Assembly: GCA_017610175.1 (NCBI GenBank)
Contig: JAFCCO010000003.1
Location: 16,137 to 80,136 of the forward strand
Source of the DNA: Candidatus Iainarchaeum sp.
GTDB lineage: Archaea; Iainarchaeota; Iainarchaeia; Iainarchaeales; GCA-2688035
Reading direction: 5' to 3'
Length of the DNA: 64,000 nucleotides
Below, piece by piece: positions 18,954 through 28,418 of this stretch. The position numbers and the translations under genes were made by a program. The number at the start of each line of letters is the position of its first letter. Position 1 is the stretch's first letter. The notes beneath the pieces are model-generated. The model had not been told where the DNA came from and did not search any database. It saw only the letters and a list, made by a program, of their open reading frames with translations.

Positions 18954-20210
18954 CTAAAGTACGGTACCCGTTGAATATGTGGCAAATGCCCTGTCTATTT
19001 TTACCACTGCAAATTCCCCAAGAAGATTCTGTTCAACCACAACCGCCTTGTAGCCACCGGTTCTTCCCACAAAGTTCCCCTTTGAACCCTGCTCTGAAAC
19101 AAATATTTCCTGCTCTGTCCCGACAAAAAGCATGTGCCTTGCAAGTGAAGCTTTGCCCTGCAAATCCAGAAGAACACGGCTCCGCTTATTCATTACGCCC
19201 CCATGTATCTGATCTTTCATAAAAAAAGCCGCAGTATTGGGGCGCGCTCCAAACTTTGAGACATTAATCACATCGGGCTGGATTTCCCTGACAAAATCAA
19301 GAGTTTCCCCAAAATCCTCTTCGCTTTCACCCGGAAACCCAACAATTATATCTGTCGCGATTGAAGCCTTTGGAATGTCAGCCCTAATTTTCCTGCAAAG
19401 GGCCAGCGCTGTTTTTGCCGAGTACTGCCGGTTCATTGCATTAAGCACACGGTTGGAGCCGCTTTGGATGGGAATGTGAAAAAACTTGTACAGCCTGGGG
19501 TCATCAAACAATGCAATGTACTCGCCGTAAAATTTCTCAAGGTGATTGGGATTCATCATTCCGACACGCAGCCTGAATTTTTTGTTTGTTAAAGCCAGAA
19601 GCTTTTGGATGAGTTCAGGAAGGGAAGTTTCAATATCAAAACCGTAACAGCCAGAGTCCTGCGCAGTAATCCAAATTTCTTTCCCCTGCGAAACGGCTTC
19701 AAGAAACTTTGCCTCAATTAGTTCAGGTGAATGGCTTTTTAGTTCGCCCCTTGCATTCTTAACCGCGCAATAAGCGCATTTCCCCAAACAACCCTCTGCA
19801 ATTGGGATTATTGAAATGAATTCGCTGAAAGAAACCTCTTTGACCGCAAGCACACTGTCGGGGGAATCCATGCCAAGCGCAGAGGCAAGCTCGTCCAAAG
19901 AGGGACCGACAAGGATTGCGTTTTTGGAAACATCTTTCAAAGCGTCTGCGTTTACTTTGGGCAGGCAACCGCACACAACAAGCGTTGATTTTAATTCTTT
20001 TGACACGGCAGTAAGTTCCTTCAGGCGGCGAACCATCTTGTGCTCGGTCTTGGTTTTTACCGCGCAAGAGTTCATCAAAATCAATGATGCTTTCTCAGGG
20101 CTTTCAACCCTCGAATAGCCCCTGGATTTTAGCAGGCCTGCAATTGCCCCCCCTCCAGCCTGATTCAGGCTGCAGCCATAGCTCTCCAGATAAAAAGTTT
20201 TGTTCTGCAT
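18954..20210 (-). CDS. MiaB-like radical SAM tRNA methylthiotransferase (e-MtaB/CDKAL1-like)
   Basis: N-terminal MTTase domain 'FYLESYGCSLNQ', radical SAM 'CLGKCAYCAV' and a C-terminal TRAM-like region. The likely start is the internal Met ('MQNKTFYL'). Confidence 0.75.
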   Translation of the reverse strand: MQNKTFYLESYGCSLNQAGGGAIAGLLKSRGYSRVESPEKASLILMNSCAVKTKTEHKMVRRLKELTAVSKELKSTLVVCGCLPKVNADALKDVSKNAILVGPSLDELASALGMDSPDSVLAVKEVSFSEFISIIPIAEGCLGKCAYCAVKNARGELKSHSPELIEAKFLEAVSQGKEIWITAQDSGCYGFDIETSLPELIQKLLALTNKKFRLRVGMMNPNHLEKFYGEYIALFDDPRLYKFFHIPIQSGSNRVLNAMNRQYSAKTALALCRKIRADIPKASIATDIIVGFPGESEEDFGETLDFVREIQPDVINVSKFGARPNTAAFFMKDQIHGGVMNKRSRVLLDLQGKASLARHMLFVGTEQEIFVSEQGSKGNFVGRTGGYKAVVVEQNLLGEFAVVKIDRAFATYSTGTVL

Positions 20211-20237
20211 AAAAAAGAACCTGGCCCGCAAGGTTTC

Positions 20238-20765
20238 TTATAGCTTTATTTTTTCAAGCGCAACCCTTGAAACCCATCCAAGAAGCCCTGAAAGAACAAA
20301 CAAGTAGAATGCACTTGTTCTCCAGCGCATGAAGAAAAGCCTTGTGGCCTCATCCAAGGTCATTACGCGCCCCGCAAGCTGCGCATAATTTCCAATATAC
20401 CAGAAGATGGCAATGTAAAACGCAGCCATGGATAACGCCAAGAAAAGAACAGGAAGTAAAACTGAAAACCCCGGTTTCTTCTCAAAGTAATCGTTTATCC
20501 AGTCAATTAGGAAAAACATTAAGAAAAATCCAACAACAGGCAAAAGGAAGTACATCGGGCTTGTGAATTCGGGAACCGGAAGGAAAATGTTTGCAAAGGG
20601 AATTTCATTCACCATCTCCCCGATTGCCTTGTTTGCCATACCCAGCGAGAACAAAAGACCGTAGCCCAAAACGAAAAGGAATGCCGCAATCACATTCCTG
20701 TTTGCGCCTGAAACCACTGAATCGCCTGAGTGATTTTCTCCCGCTTGCTCTTTTTCATTTGCCAC
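20238..20765 (-). CDS. Hypothetical membrane protein
   Basis: Hydrophobic ORF. The start is uncertain: the ORF extends to 20939 and overlaps rfcS on the opposite strand, and a possible GTG start lies at 20765. Confidence 0.3.
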   Translation of the reverse strand: MANEKEQAGENHSGDSVVSGANRNVIAAFLFVLGYGLLFSLGMANKAIGEMVNEIPFANIFLPVPEFTSPMYFLLPVVGFFLMFFLIDWINDYFEKKPGFSVLLPVLFLALSMAAFYIAIFWYIGNYAQLAGRVMTLDEATRLFFMRWRTSAFYLFVLSGLLGWVSRVALEKIKL

Positions 20766-20862
20766 AAAAACAGCCCCTTTCCAATCAGTAAGAGATAGTG
20801 CACTATTATGTTTATAACGGTTTTCTTGCCCTAAATAATTTAAATCTGTTTTGGTGAGAAAA

Positions 20863-21825
20863 ATGGCGATAGAGCTTCCGTGGATTGAAAAATACAGGCC
20901 AAAATACCTAAAAGAGGTAATTGGGCAAAAAGACACCATGGCCAGGCTAAAGAGTTATGTGAAAAGCAGAAACTGCCCGCACATGATGTTTTCAGGCCCT
21001 GCAGGGGTTGGAAAGACCTCTGCCGCCGTTGCACTTGCCCGCGAATTTTTTGGGGATGACTACGAGCGCAATTTTCTTGAACTAAACGCAAGTGACGAGC
21101 GTGGAATAGATGTTGTAAGAAACACAATCAAGGACTTTGCAAGAACACTTGCATTCAATGCCGAATTCAAAATAATTTTTCTTGACGAGAGTGACGCGCT
21201 TACAAGCGACGCACAGCAGGCGCTGAGAAGGACAATGGAAAAGTACACAAAGACCTGCCGCTTTGTCCTAAGCTGCAATTACAGCTCCAGAATTATTGAA
21301 CCCATTCAAAGCAGGTGCGTTGTGTTCAGGTACAAGCCGCTTTCAAGCAAGGAAATAGAGGCAAGGCTTGATGAAATAGCAAAGCTTGAAAATGTGACAT
21401 TCGATAAGAAGGCACTTGAAGCAATAATTTACGTAAGCTCAGGGGACATGCGAAAAGCGGTTAACGTACTGCAGGCAACATCCTCTTTGGAAAAGAACGT
21501 TACAGAAGAAAACGTTTTCAACGTAAGCAGCAGGGCAAGGCCTGCCGAAATAAAAGAAATGATTTCATTTGCATTCAAAGGGGATTTTTTGGAAGCAAGA
21601 AAAAGGCTTGACTCACTGATGTACGAGTACGGAATGTCGGGCGAAGATGTTATTATGCAGATGTTTCGCGAACTCATGGCAATGCCGGAGGAAGAAATTG
21701 ACTCCAAGGCAAAAATCGGGTTGGTTGATGTGATTGGAGAATACAATTTCAGGCTGGTGGAAGGGGCAAACGAAAGAATTCAGCTTGAAGCCCTGCTTGC
21801 ACAGTTCATGAAATTCAAGAAATAA
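20863..21825 (+). CDS. rfcS: Replication factor C small subunit
   Basis: 'ELPWIEKYRPKYLKEVIGQ', Walker A 'GPAGVGKTSAAVALAREF', 'DESD' Walker B and an 'SRC' motif ('IQSRCVVFRY'). Confidence 0.9.
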   Translation: MAIELPWIEKYRPKYLKEVIGQKDTMARLKSYVKSRNCPHMMFSGPAGVGKTSAAVALAREFFGDDYERNFLELNASDERGIDVVRNTIKDFARTLAFNAEFKIIFLDESDALTSDAQQALRRTMEKYTKTCRFVLSCNYSSRIIEPIQSRCVVFRYKPLSSKEIEARLDEIAKLENVTFDKKALEAIIYVSSGDMRKAVNVLQATSSLEKNVTEENVFNVSSRARPAEIKEMISFAFKGDFLEARKRLDSLMYEYGMSGEDVIMQMFRELMAMPEEEIDSKAKIGLVDVIGEYNFRLVEGANERIQLEALLAQFMKFKK

Positions 21826-21826
21826 A

Positions 21827-22132
21827 TCAATCTAATTTTGACAGCTTGCCCGGACGCCTTGCGCCCTTGCTTTTTCCAAGGAAAAAATAAAAGAATGCAA
21901 AAATTGAGTGCTCAACAAGGTAAAGCACAACCATCCCTGAAATGAAATAAAATTTGCTTTCCTCCGTAAGGAAATCAAACGTAGGATTTGAAGCCTCAAC
22001 AGACTCCCCTAAAATGGATGTGCGAATCTGGCCCGCAAAATTGAACAGGAAAAATATGACCACAACAGTTACTGCAAAAGCAAGAACTATTGAGAGAAGA
22101 TACTCAAACTGCACCTGAGCACGCGAATCCAT
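21827..22132 (-). CDS. Archaeal type IV pilin-like protein
   Basis: N-terminus 'MDSRAQVQFEYLLSIVLAFAVTVVVIFFLF'. Confidence 0.5.
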   Translation of the reverse strand: MDSRAQVQFEYLLSIVLAFAVTVVVIFFLFNFAGQIRTSILGESVEASNPTFDFLTEESKFYFISGMVVLYLVEHSIFAFFYFFLGKSKGARRPGKLSKLD

Positions 22133-22157
22133 GGCAAAAAATAGGGATTCCGACTAT

Positions 22158-23435
22158 TTAAAACCATTGGCTTAAGGTTCTTTGGTGCTTCAAGTGGTCC
22201 AAAAGCCTGCTTGTTTTGTTGTAGTCGCGCATTGGAATTTTTAATTTGCGTGAAAGAAACGAAAGGGAAAGGGAAAGGGAAGAAAACGAAAGCGGTTTGC
22301 CCTGAAGTGCGTGCCTGACATTTTCCCTAATCTGCCACACCCCAAGCGGAACCTTGTAGTCCTTTCCAATCTCCCTGAAAACAATTACCGCCGCCTGGCG
22401 CTTCTTTAAAGCAAGGTATTCTGCAACCGCAAGCCTTGCGGCATAATATGCCCCCTCAGTATTGCTTGCATAGGTTTTGCGCCCGCCGTAAAACTCGTGG
22501 TCCTGAATTATTGTAAAAGATTTTGCATTCACTGCCCAGCTTCCCCCTGGAAGCCAGCACTCAAGCTGCTCAAACGCCCACGAGCCCGGGACAAGCAAAA
22601 CCCAAAAGTCGTTGTCAAGATAATTGCTGTGGAAAAGCATGAACTCGGAAATTTGCTGAAAACCCTTTACCTTTTCATCAATTATTTCCCCGCTAATGTT
22701 GCTGTCAACCGCAGTAATTGCCCACCTTGTCGGGACAAGCTTTCTCTTCTTCTTAACGCCAAGCGTTCCCGCCGAGAGGAGCTTGTGCAGTGAGTTTACG
22801 GGGATTCCTGAGGAATAAAGTTCAAGCATTGCGGTCTTGCTCTTTGCATTCGTATCCGAAACAAGATAATCAACCTTTTTTGGAATCTTTGGATTGCCCT
22901 CAAGCGAGAACTTTTTCAAAAATCCAACAGGCCCCATAGGGGCAACCCCCTCATCAAACAAAAGATTCGGGGAAAGCTTCTTGCTCAAGTCTATGTTTAC
23001 TGTGACCGGCTCGGAGGACATGGCAAGCTCCTGAATCTCAACCAAGCCATAGGATGGATTGCTTGCCTCGGTTGCATCAATCATCTTGTTTGGGCGGATA
23101 AGCTGCTGCCTCATTGAAATTATTCTCTCCTGCGGCAGGCCAAACCAGCGCTCAGGGGAATCAAGCAACGAAGTGTCATTGAGAATTGGGGGGCTTAAGG
23201 GCGCAATTGAAACCTTGGGATATGATTTCCAGCCAACAAAAACGGACGGAGGGGAATTTCCCGAAAAATTTGTTCCCTTAATTGTGTTCGCGGAGCTCTT
23301 GAAAAAATTCTGCTTTTCCAGAATGGGACAGCTTTTCAGGCCGCATAACAGCTTTCCCTTGCATTTAATGCACAGCTTGGGGGAAATCATAAAATAGTAT
23401 TTGGCAAGGAAACGAGTTAAAGCTTTGCAGGGCAA
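22158..23435 (-). CDS. Nre-family (NreA-like) putative DNA repair protein
   Basis: N-terminal zinc-finger-like 'LCIKCKGKLLCGLKSCPIL' and a 425-aa size typical of the archaeal Nre (DUF650/DUF651) family. A C-terminal 'LSLSLSLSF' encoded repeat is present. Confidence 0.4.
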   Translation of the reverse strand: MPCKALTRFLAKYYFMISPKLCIKCKGKLLCGLKSCPILEKQNFFKSSANTIKGTNFSGNSPPSVFVGWKSYPKVSIAPLSPPILNDTSLLDSPERWFGLPQERIISMRQQLIRPNKMIDATEASNPSYGLVEIQELAMSSEPVTVNIDLSKKLSPNLLFDEGVAPMGPVGFLKKFSLEGNPKIPKKVDYLVSDTNAKSKTAMLELYSSGIPVNSLHKLLSAGTLGVKKKRKLVPTRWAITAVDSNISGEIIDEKVKGFQQISEFMLFHSNYLDNDFWVLLVPGSWAFEQLECWLPGGSWAVNAKSFTIIQDHEFYGGRKTYASNTEGAYYAARLAVAEYLALKKRQAAVIVFREIGKDYKVPLGVWQIRENVRHALQGKPLSFSSLSLSLSFLSRKLKIPMRDYNKTSRLLDHLKHQRTLSQWF

Positions 23436-23543
23436 TTTTCCACTATTATTGATTCATTTATATAAGGAACGGCAATTGCGGAACACAGAAAAGGGTTTTA
23501 TTCTTTATTCTGCCTGAATTAATGCATAGGGGGAGTAAAAACT

Positions 23544-25283
23544 ATGAAAAAAATTGACTGGAGCAATGAAGAGGAAAGACACAGGTTCTGGCACAGCAGC
23601 AGCCACGTGCTTGCGGCAGCGGTGAAAAAACTTTATCCCGGCGTTAAGTTTGCAATCGGCCCCCCGATTGAAAACGGATTCTACTACGACTTTGATGTTG
23701 AAAAGCCATTCACTCCGCAAGACCTTAAGAAAATCCAGAAACAGGCAAAGAAGTTTGCAGGCGGAAGCCACAAATTCGAGCACAAGGAAATTGGATTTGC
23801 AGAAGCCGAAAAAATGTTTAAAGACCAGCCATACAAGCTTGAGTTGATTAATGATTTGAAAAATGCAGGCGAGAAAAAATTAAGCATTTATACAAGCGGC
23901 GATTTTGTTGACTTATGCAAGGGACCGCACCTTAAAGGAACCGAAGAAATTAAGGCAATAAAATTGCTGAAGGTTGCAGGCGCATACTGGAAAGGCAGCG
24001 AGAAAAACAAGATGCTGCAGAGAATTTATGGAATTGCATTCCCTGAAAAAGAAATGCTTGAGGTTTGGGTGAAGCAAAGGGAAGAAGCGGCAAAAAGAAA
24101 CCACCTCAAAATAGGAAAAGAACTTGACCTGTTCAGCATGCATGAGGAAAGCCCGGGAATTCCTTTCTTCCACGGCAAAGGAATGGTTGTGTGGAACGAA
24201 CTTGCAAAGCTGTGGAGAGAAGAGCACGCAAAGCGCGGTTATGAGGAATTGAACACCCCAATAATTCTGAAAAAAATCCTGTGGGAACAAAGCGGACACT
24301 GGGACCACTACAAGGAAAACATGTATTTTACAAAAGTAGATGACGAGGATTACGCAATAAAGCCAATGAACTGCCCGGGTGGAATACTGATATTCAAAAC
24401 AGCCAGGCACAGCTACAAGGACTTGCCGATTAGGGCAGGGGAAATGGGAGTGGTTCACAGGCATGAGCTCAGCGGAGTGCTGAACGGGCTGTTTAGGGTT
24501 AGAAAATTCACGCAGGACGACGCACACATATTCTGCACAGAGGAGCAGATTGCACAAGAAATTGTGGGTGTAATAGACCTTGTTGATTTCTTCTACACAA
24601 AAATATTTGGATTCGAATACCACGTTGAACTAAGCACCATGCCTGAAAATGCACTTGGAAGCAAGGAAACATGGGACACTGCAGAGAACGCATTAAAGAA
24701 AGCCATGACCTCGAAGAAAATGAATTTTAAAGTGAACGAGGGAGATGGAGCATTCTACGGGCCAAAAATTGACTTCCACATAAAGGATTCGATGGGAAGG
24801 ACCTGGCAGTGCGCAACAATCCAGCTGGACTTTGCAATGCCTGAAAAGTTCTCGCTTGAATACATTGGGAAGGATGACAAGCCGCACAGGCCAGTAATGA
24901 TTCACAGAGTAGTATATGGAAGCATGGAACGCTTTATGGGAATCCTAATAGAGCACTATGCGGGCGCGTTCCCGCTCTGGCTAAACCCTGTTCAGGTTGC
25001 GATTGTTCCAATTGCCGACAGGCACGCGGATTACGCGGAAAAAGTTGGGGCAGAAATGCTGGACAAGGGAATAAGGGTTGAAGTCGATTCAAGAGGGGAA
25101 AGTGTCGCATACAAAATAAGGCACTGGCAGAAGCTTAAAGCCAACTACATCTTAGTCATTGGAGACAACGAAAAGAAGAACAAGACGGTGAATGTAAGGA
25201 CACGCGATGGAAAAGTCCTTGGCGAAAAGAATGTAAAGGAATTTATTGAAGAAACCATGGAAAAAACCTGCAAAAGGGAATAA
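23544..25283 (+). CDS. thrS: Threonyl-tRNA synthetase (bacterial-type N2 editing, catalytic and anticodon-binding domains; no TGS/N1 domain)
   Basis: 'HSSSHVLAAAV' matches the editing-site HxxxH, class II motifs such as 'FRVRKFTQDDAHIF' are present, and there is a C-terminal anticodon-binding domain. The protein is 579 aa. Confidence 0.9.
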   Translation: MKKIDWSNEEERHRFWHSSSHVLAAAVKKLYPGVKFAIGPPIENGFYYDFDVEKPFTPQDLKKIQKQAKKFAGGSHKFEHKEIGFAEAEKMFKDQPYKLELINDLKNAGEKKLSIYTSGDFVDLCKGPHLKGTEEIKAIKLLKVAGAYWKGSEKNKMLQRIYGIAFPEKEMLEVWVKQREEAAKRNHLKIGKELDLFSMHEESPGIPFFHGKGMVVWNELAKLWREEHAKRGYEELNTPIILKKILWEQSGHWDHYKENMYFTKVDDEDYAIKPMNCPGGILIFKTARHSYKDLPIRAGEMGVVHRHELSGVLNGLFRVRKFTQDDAHIFCTEEQIAQEIVGVIDLVDFFYTKIFGFEYHVELSTMPENALGSKETWDTAENALKKAMTSKKMNFKVNEGDGAFYGPKIDFHIKDSMGRTWQCATIQLDFAMPEKFSLEYIGKDDKPHRPVMIHRVVYGSMERFMGILIEHYAGAFPLWLNPVQVAIVPIADRHADYAEKVGAEMLDKGIRVEVDSRGESVAYKIRHWQKLKANYILVIGDNEKKNKTVNVRTRDGKVLGEKNVKEFIEETMEKTCKRE

Positions 25284-25318
25284 GGCAAAACCCCCTCGGA
25301 AAGGTTTAAATAAAACAA

Positions 25319-27232
25319 TTGCCTTCTTTATCTGATTTTTCTATGCCTAAAACGGATTACTTAAAGGAACTTATGGAGAAAGTGAAGGCGGCTAAAAAAA
25401 AGCAGCCAGTGGAAGCTCCTGAAAAAGAAGAAGAAGCACCAGTAGAGGAATTTGAATCCCCTAAAGACGTACCCGCCCCAATCCAACAAATCGAAAGTAT
25501 TCCAACAGTTTCTGAAAAAGACAAGATTTCACAGGAAATGGAGGATTTGCTTAAGCAGCCCACCCCCCAACCAAAAGCTGTTGCAGAACCGATTCCAGAA
25601 CCTGCGAAAACAGTCCCTGTGGCAGTACCCGAACCAACCCCTGCAACAGCTCCAATTGAAGAGCCTGTTGTCGCAACAAGGGATGAAGTTCAGGCAAAGG
25701 AAAGTGTGGCTGAAGGGGTTGCGGAGATTCCAAAAGAAGAGCCTGTTGAGAAAAAAAGCGAAGCAGAAAAAGACATAGAAAAGGCTGGGAAAAAAATTGA
25801 GGTTGCAAGCTACGGCGATGTAAAAATTTACAAGATTCCCGGAAAGCCACTTCTTTACTACTTTATTCCAGTCCCGCGATCCACTGGGGCGGAAAAAACA
25901 ATAATCAACACAATAAAAGAAGCCGCAACAAGGCTAATCACAATCTCACCCTACAAAATAAGGGAACCAGAGCAAAGAAGGGCGGTTTACAAGCAAAAGA
26001 TTATGGAAATTCTCAGGGGAAGCCCGGAACTGCGGATTCCTGAAAGAAGATTTGAATTTTACACAGATGCTGTTGTAAGGGAAATGGTCGGCTATGGCAT
26101 AATAGACCCGCTTGTAAGGGACGATAAGCTTGAGGAAATTATGGTCATAGGCCCAAAGAAGCCTGTTTACCTATTCCACAGGGATTATGAAATGATGACC
26201 TCAAACATTGAGTTTTACAACGATCAGGAAATTATTGATTTGATAAACAGAATTGCAAGGGAAATAGGTAGAAGGGTTGACATAAGCTCGCCGCTGCTGG
26301 ATGCACGCCTGCCTGACGGCAGCAGGGTCAACGCCACAATCCCCCCGGCTTCCGTCGCAGGTTCAACAATTACAATCAGAAAATTCAGAAAACAGCCATA
26401 CAGCGTAATTGACCTTATTAATATGAACACGCTTTCAGCGGAATGCGCTGCCTTCCTCTGGCTTGCGGTTGAAGGGCTTGGAGTGAAACCGGCAAACGTG
26501 CTGATTGCAGGGGGGACCGGTTCAGGAAAAACCACCCTGCTCAACGTCCTTGCATCATTTGTTCCGGAAAATGAAAGAATTGTCACAATTGAAGACACCG
26601 CCGAATTGAATTTGCCGCTCAAGCACCTAATCCGCATGGAAGCAAGACCGCCTGGGCTTGAGGGAAAGGGTGAACTGACACTGGACATTCTGACAAAAAA
26701 CAGCCTCAGGATGAGACCCGACAGGATATTGGTTGGGGAAATAAGGCACGACGAAGCATTCAGCCTGTTCACCGCAATGAACACAGGCCACGCAGGAAGC
26801 ATGGGAACGGTGCACGCAAACAGCGCGCAGGAAACACTTATCAGAATAAAAAGCCCCCCAATGTCCGTTCCGGAAGTAATGCTCAGCGGACTGGATCTTA
26901 TCCTAATAGAGCACAGAATCCACGACAAGAAAAAGGGAACAATAAGAAGGCTTACTGAAATTGCAGAAGTGACAGGCGTGCTTGTGGGAAAGGCACAAAC
27001 GCAAACAATTTTCGAACGCGACCCTGTGGAAGACTCAATAATCAAAACAAACGTTCCAATAAGCTATCTCAAAGAACTGCAGGACTTTTCCGGATTCAGC
27101 AGAAAGCAAATTGACGCAGAACTCAATGACAGAGCAGCACTGCTAAATACCCTGGTTAAAAAAAATATACACTTAATGGAAGACGTGCACAAAGAAATGC
27201 AAAACTATTTGTTGAAAAAGAAGGAAGCTTAA
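25319..27232 (+). CDS. Type IV pilus/archaellum assembly ATPase (TadA/FlaI/GspE family) with a long disordered N-terminal extension
   Basis: Walker A 'IAGGTGSGKTTLLNVL', 'LIRMEARPPG', Walker B 'RILVGEIR' and His box 'MNTGHAGSMGTVHANS'. The first roughly 160 aa are Pro/Ala/Glu/Val-rich and low complexity. Confidence 0.85.
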   Translation: MPSLSDFSMPKTDYLKELMEKVKAAKKKQPVEAPEKEEEAPVEEFESPKDVPAPIQQIESIPTVSEKDKISQEMEDLLKQPTPQPKAVAEPIPEPAKTVPVAVPEPTPATAPIEEPVVATRDEVQAKESVAEGVAEIPKEEPVEKKSEAEKDIEKAGKKIEVASYGDVKIYKIPGKPLLYYFIPVPRSTGAEKTIINTIKEAATRLITISPYKIREPEQRRAVYKQKIMEILRGSPELRIPERRFEFYTDAVVREMVGYGIIDPLVRDDKLEEIMVIGPKKPVYLFHRDYEMMTSNIEFYNDQEIIDLINRIAREIGRRVDISSPLLDARLPDGSRVNATIPPASVAGSTITIRKFRKQPYSVIDLINMNTLSAECAAFLWLAVEGLGVKPANVLIAGGTGSGKTTLLNVLASFVPENERIVTIEDTAELNLPLKHLIRMEARPPGLEGKGELTLDILTKNSLRMRPDRILVGEIRHDEAFSLFTAMNTGHAGSMGTVHANSAQETLIRIKSPPMSVPEVMLSGLDLILIEHRIHDKKKGTIRRLTEIAEVTGVLVGKAQTQTIFERDPVEDSIIKTNVPISYLKELQDFSGFSRKQIDAELNDRAALLNTLVKKNIHLMEDVHKEMQNYLLKKKEA

Positions 27233-28414
27233 ATGGCAAACCTCAATTTTCTGAAGAAAAAGATTTCCGAAAAAAACAAGCAAAAGAAACAGAACTTAGG
27301 CGAGCCCAAAGACGCAAAAGAAGAAGCCGTGGACATGGACCGCGTTGAACAAATTGTAAAGACAATGAAGAAAAAGTACAAGGAACAGGGAATCGAATTT
27401 GAAGAAGTCGGCGGGAGATTAAGGGAACTGCGCGGAATAATAGCAGAGGGACGCACGGGGGAAATTGAAATACAAAAAGTTGAAGCCCTTCCCGACATGA
27501 AAAATCCAATTGTCAAAACGGTCGGCAATGTTTACATCAAAATGAGAAAAATTTTCGAGCCCATCACAAAGCTCGCAATCAGGCTTCCACAATTTGATAT
27601 GCTTGCATTCTACCTTTATTCCGCAAACATGAGATATTCCGCAAGGCAATATCTTGCATTATCGGTTACAGGCGCGGGAATAATTCTTGCATTTGCATTT
27701 TTTATAATAAGCATTATCATTGCATTGCTTGACATCCCACTAATCACAAAGGTTCTGCTAATTCCGCTTGTGTCAGTGTTTGTATTCTTCTTTTCACTCA
27801 TAGTACTGCTGCTTATTCCAAGCCAAAAGGCAAAAGAAAGGGGCGCTGCAATAAGCATAGAACTTCCGTTTGCACTGCGGCACATGGCAACAGAACTTAG
27901 GGCGGGAATAGGTCTGTACAGGACAATTCAAGCTATTGCCACCGCAGGCTATGGTGCGCTAAGTGAAGAGTTTGCACGCACAATAAACGAAATTGAAGAG
28001 GGGACAGACACAAAAGATGCACTAAGGCACCTTGCACTAAGAACACAAAGCCAGGCACTAAGAAACGCACTCATGCACATAATCAGGGCACTTAAAACAG
28101 GCGGAAACCTAAGCGAAATAATGAACGATATCGCAGAGGATGTTGCATTTGAGCTAAGAATGAGCACAAGGGATTTTGCCGCCAAAATGAACTTTTTTGG
28201 GGTAATATTCATTTTTGCAGCCATAGTAATGCCAGTTATAATTGCCATACTTGGCGGAATAAGAAACAGCCCGATCGGGGAATCAGGGGGAGTAAGCTTT
28301 AAGGACATGCTTCCGCTTGGGCCTGAAGTAATTGCGGGAATATACCTAATACTAATGCCCCTTATGCTGCTCATGTTTATACTGTACATAAAAGCTTCTC
28401 AACCAAAGGTGTAA
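27233..28414 (+). CDS. TadB/TadC (FlaJ)-like polytopic pilus platform protein
   Basis: Cytoplasmic N-domain, then T2SSF-like segments 'LPFALRHMATELRAGIGLYRTIQAIA' and 'ALRHLALRTQSQALRNALMHIIRALKTGGNL', with flanking TM helices. Confidence 0.7.
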   Translation: MANLNFLKKKISEKNKQKKQNLGEPKDAKEEAVDMDRVEQIVKTMKKKYKEQGIEFEEVGGRLRELRGIIAEGRTGEIEIQKVEALPDMKNPIVKTVGNVYIKMRKIFEPITKLAIRLPQFDMLAFYLYSANMRYSARQYLALSVTGAGIILAFAFFIISIIIALLDIPLITKVLLIPLVSVFVFFFSLIVLLLIPSQKAKERGAAISIELPFALRHMATELRAGIGLYRTIQAIATAGYGALSEEFARTINEIEEGTDTKDALRHLALRTQSQALRNALMHIIRALKTGGNLSEIMNDIAEDVAFELRMSTRDFAAKMNFFGVIFIFAAIVMPVIIAILGGIRNSPIGESGGVSFKDMLPLGPEVIAGIYLILMPLMLLMFILYIKASQPKV

Positions 28415-28418
28415 CAAG

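Noticed and set aside
22497-22793. 98-aa plus-strand ORF inside the Nre-like gene
   Set aside because: It is antisense to a longer ORF with recognisable motifs, and there is no supporting signal.
23913-24623. 236-aa minus-strand ORF inside thrS
   Set aside because: It is a shadow ORF of a conserved aminoacyl-tRNA synthetase gene.
26224-27045. 273-aa minus-strand ORF inside the FlaI-like ATPase gene
   Set aside because: It is a shadow ORF with a Ser-rich translation.
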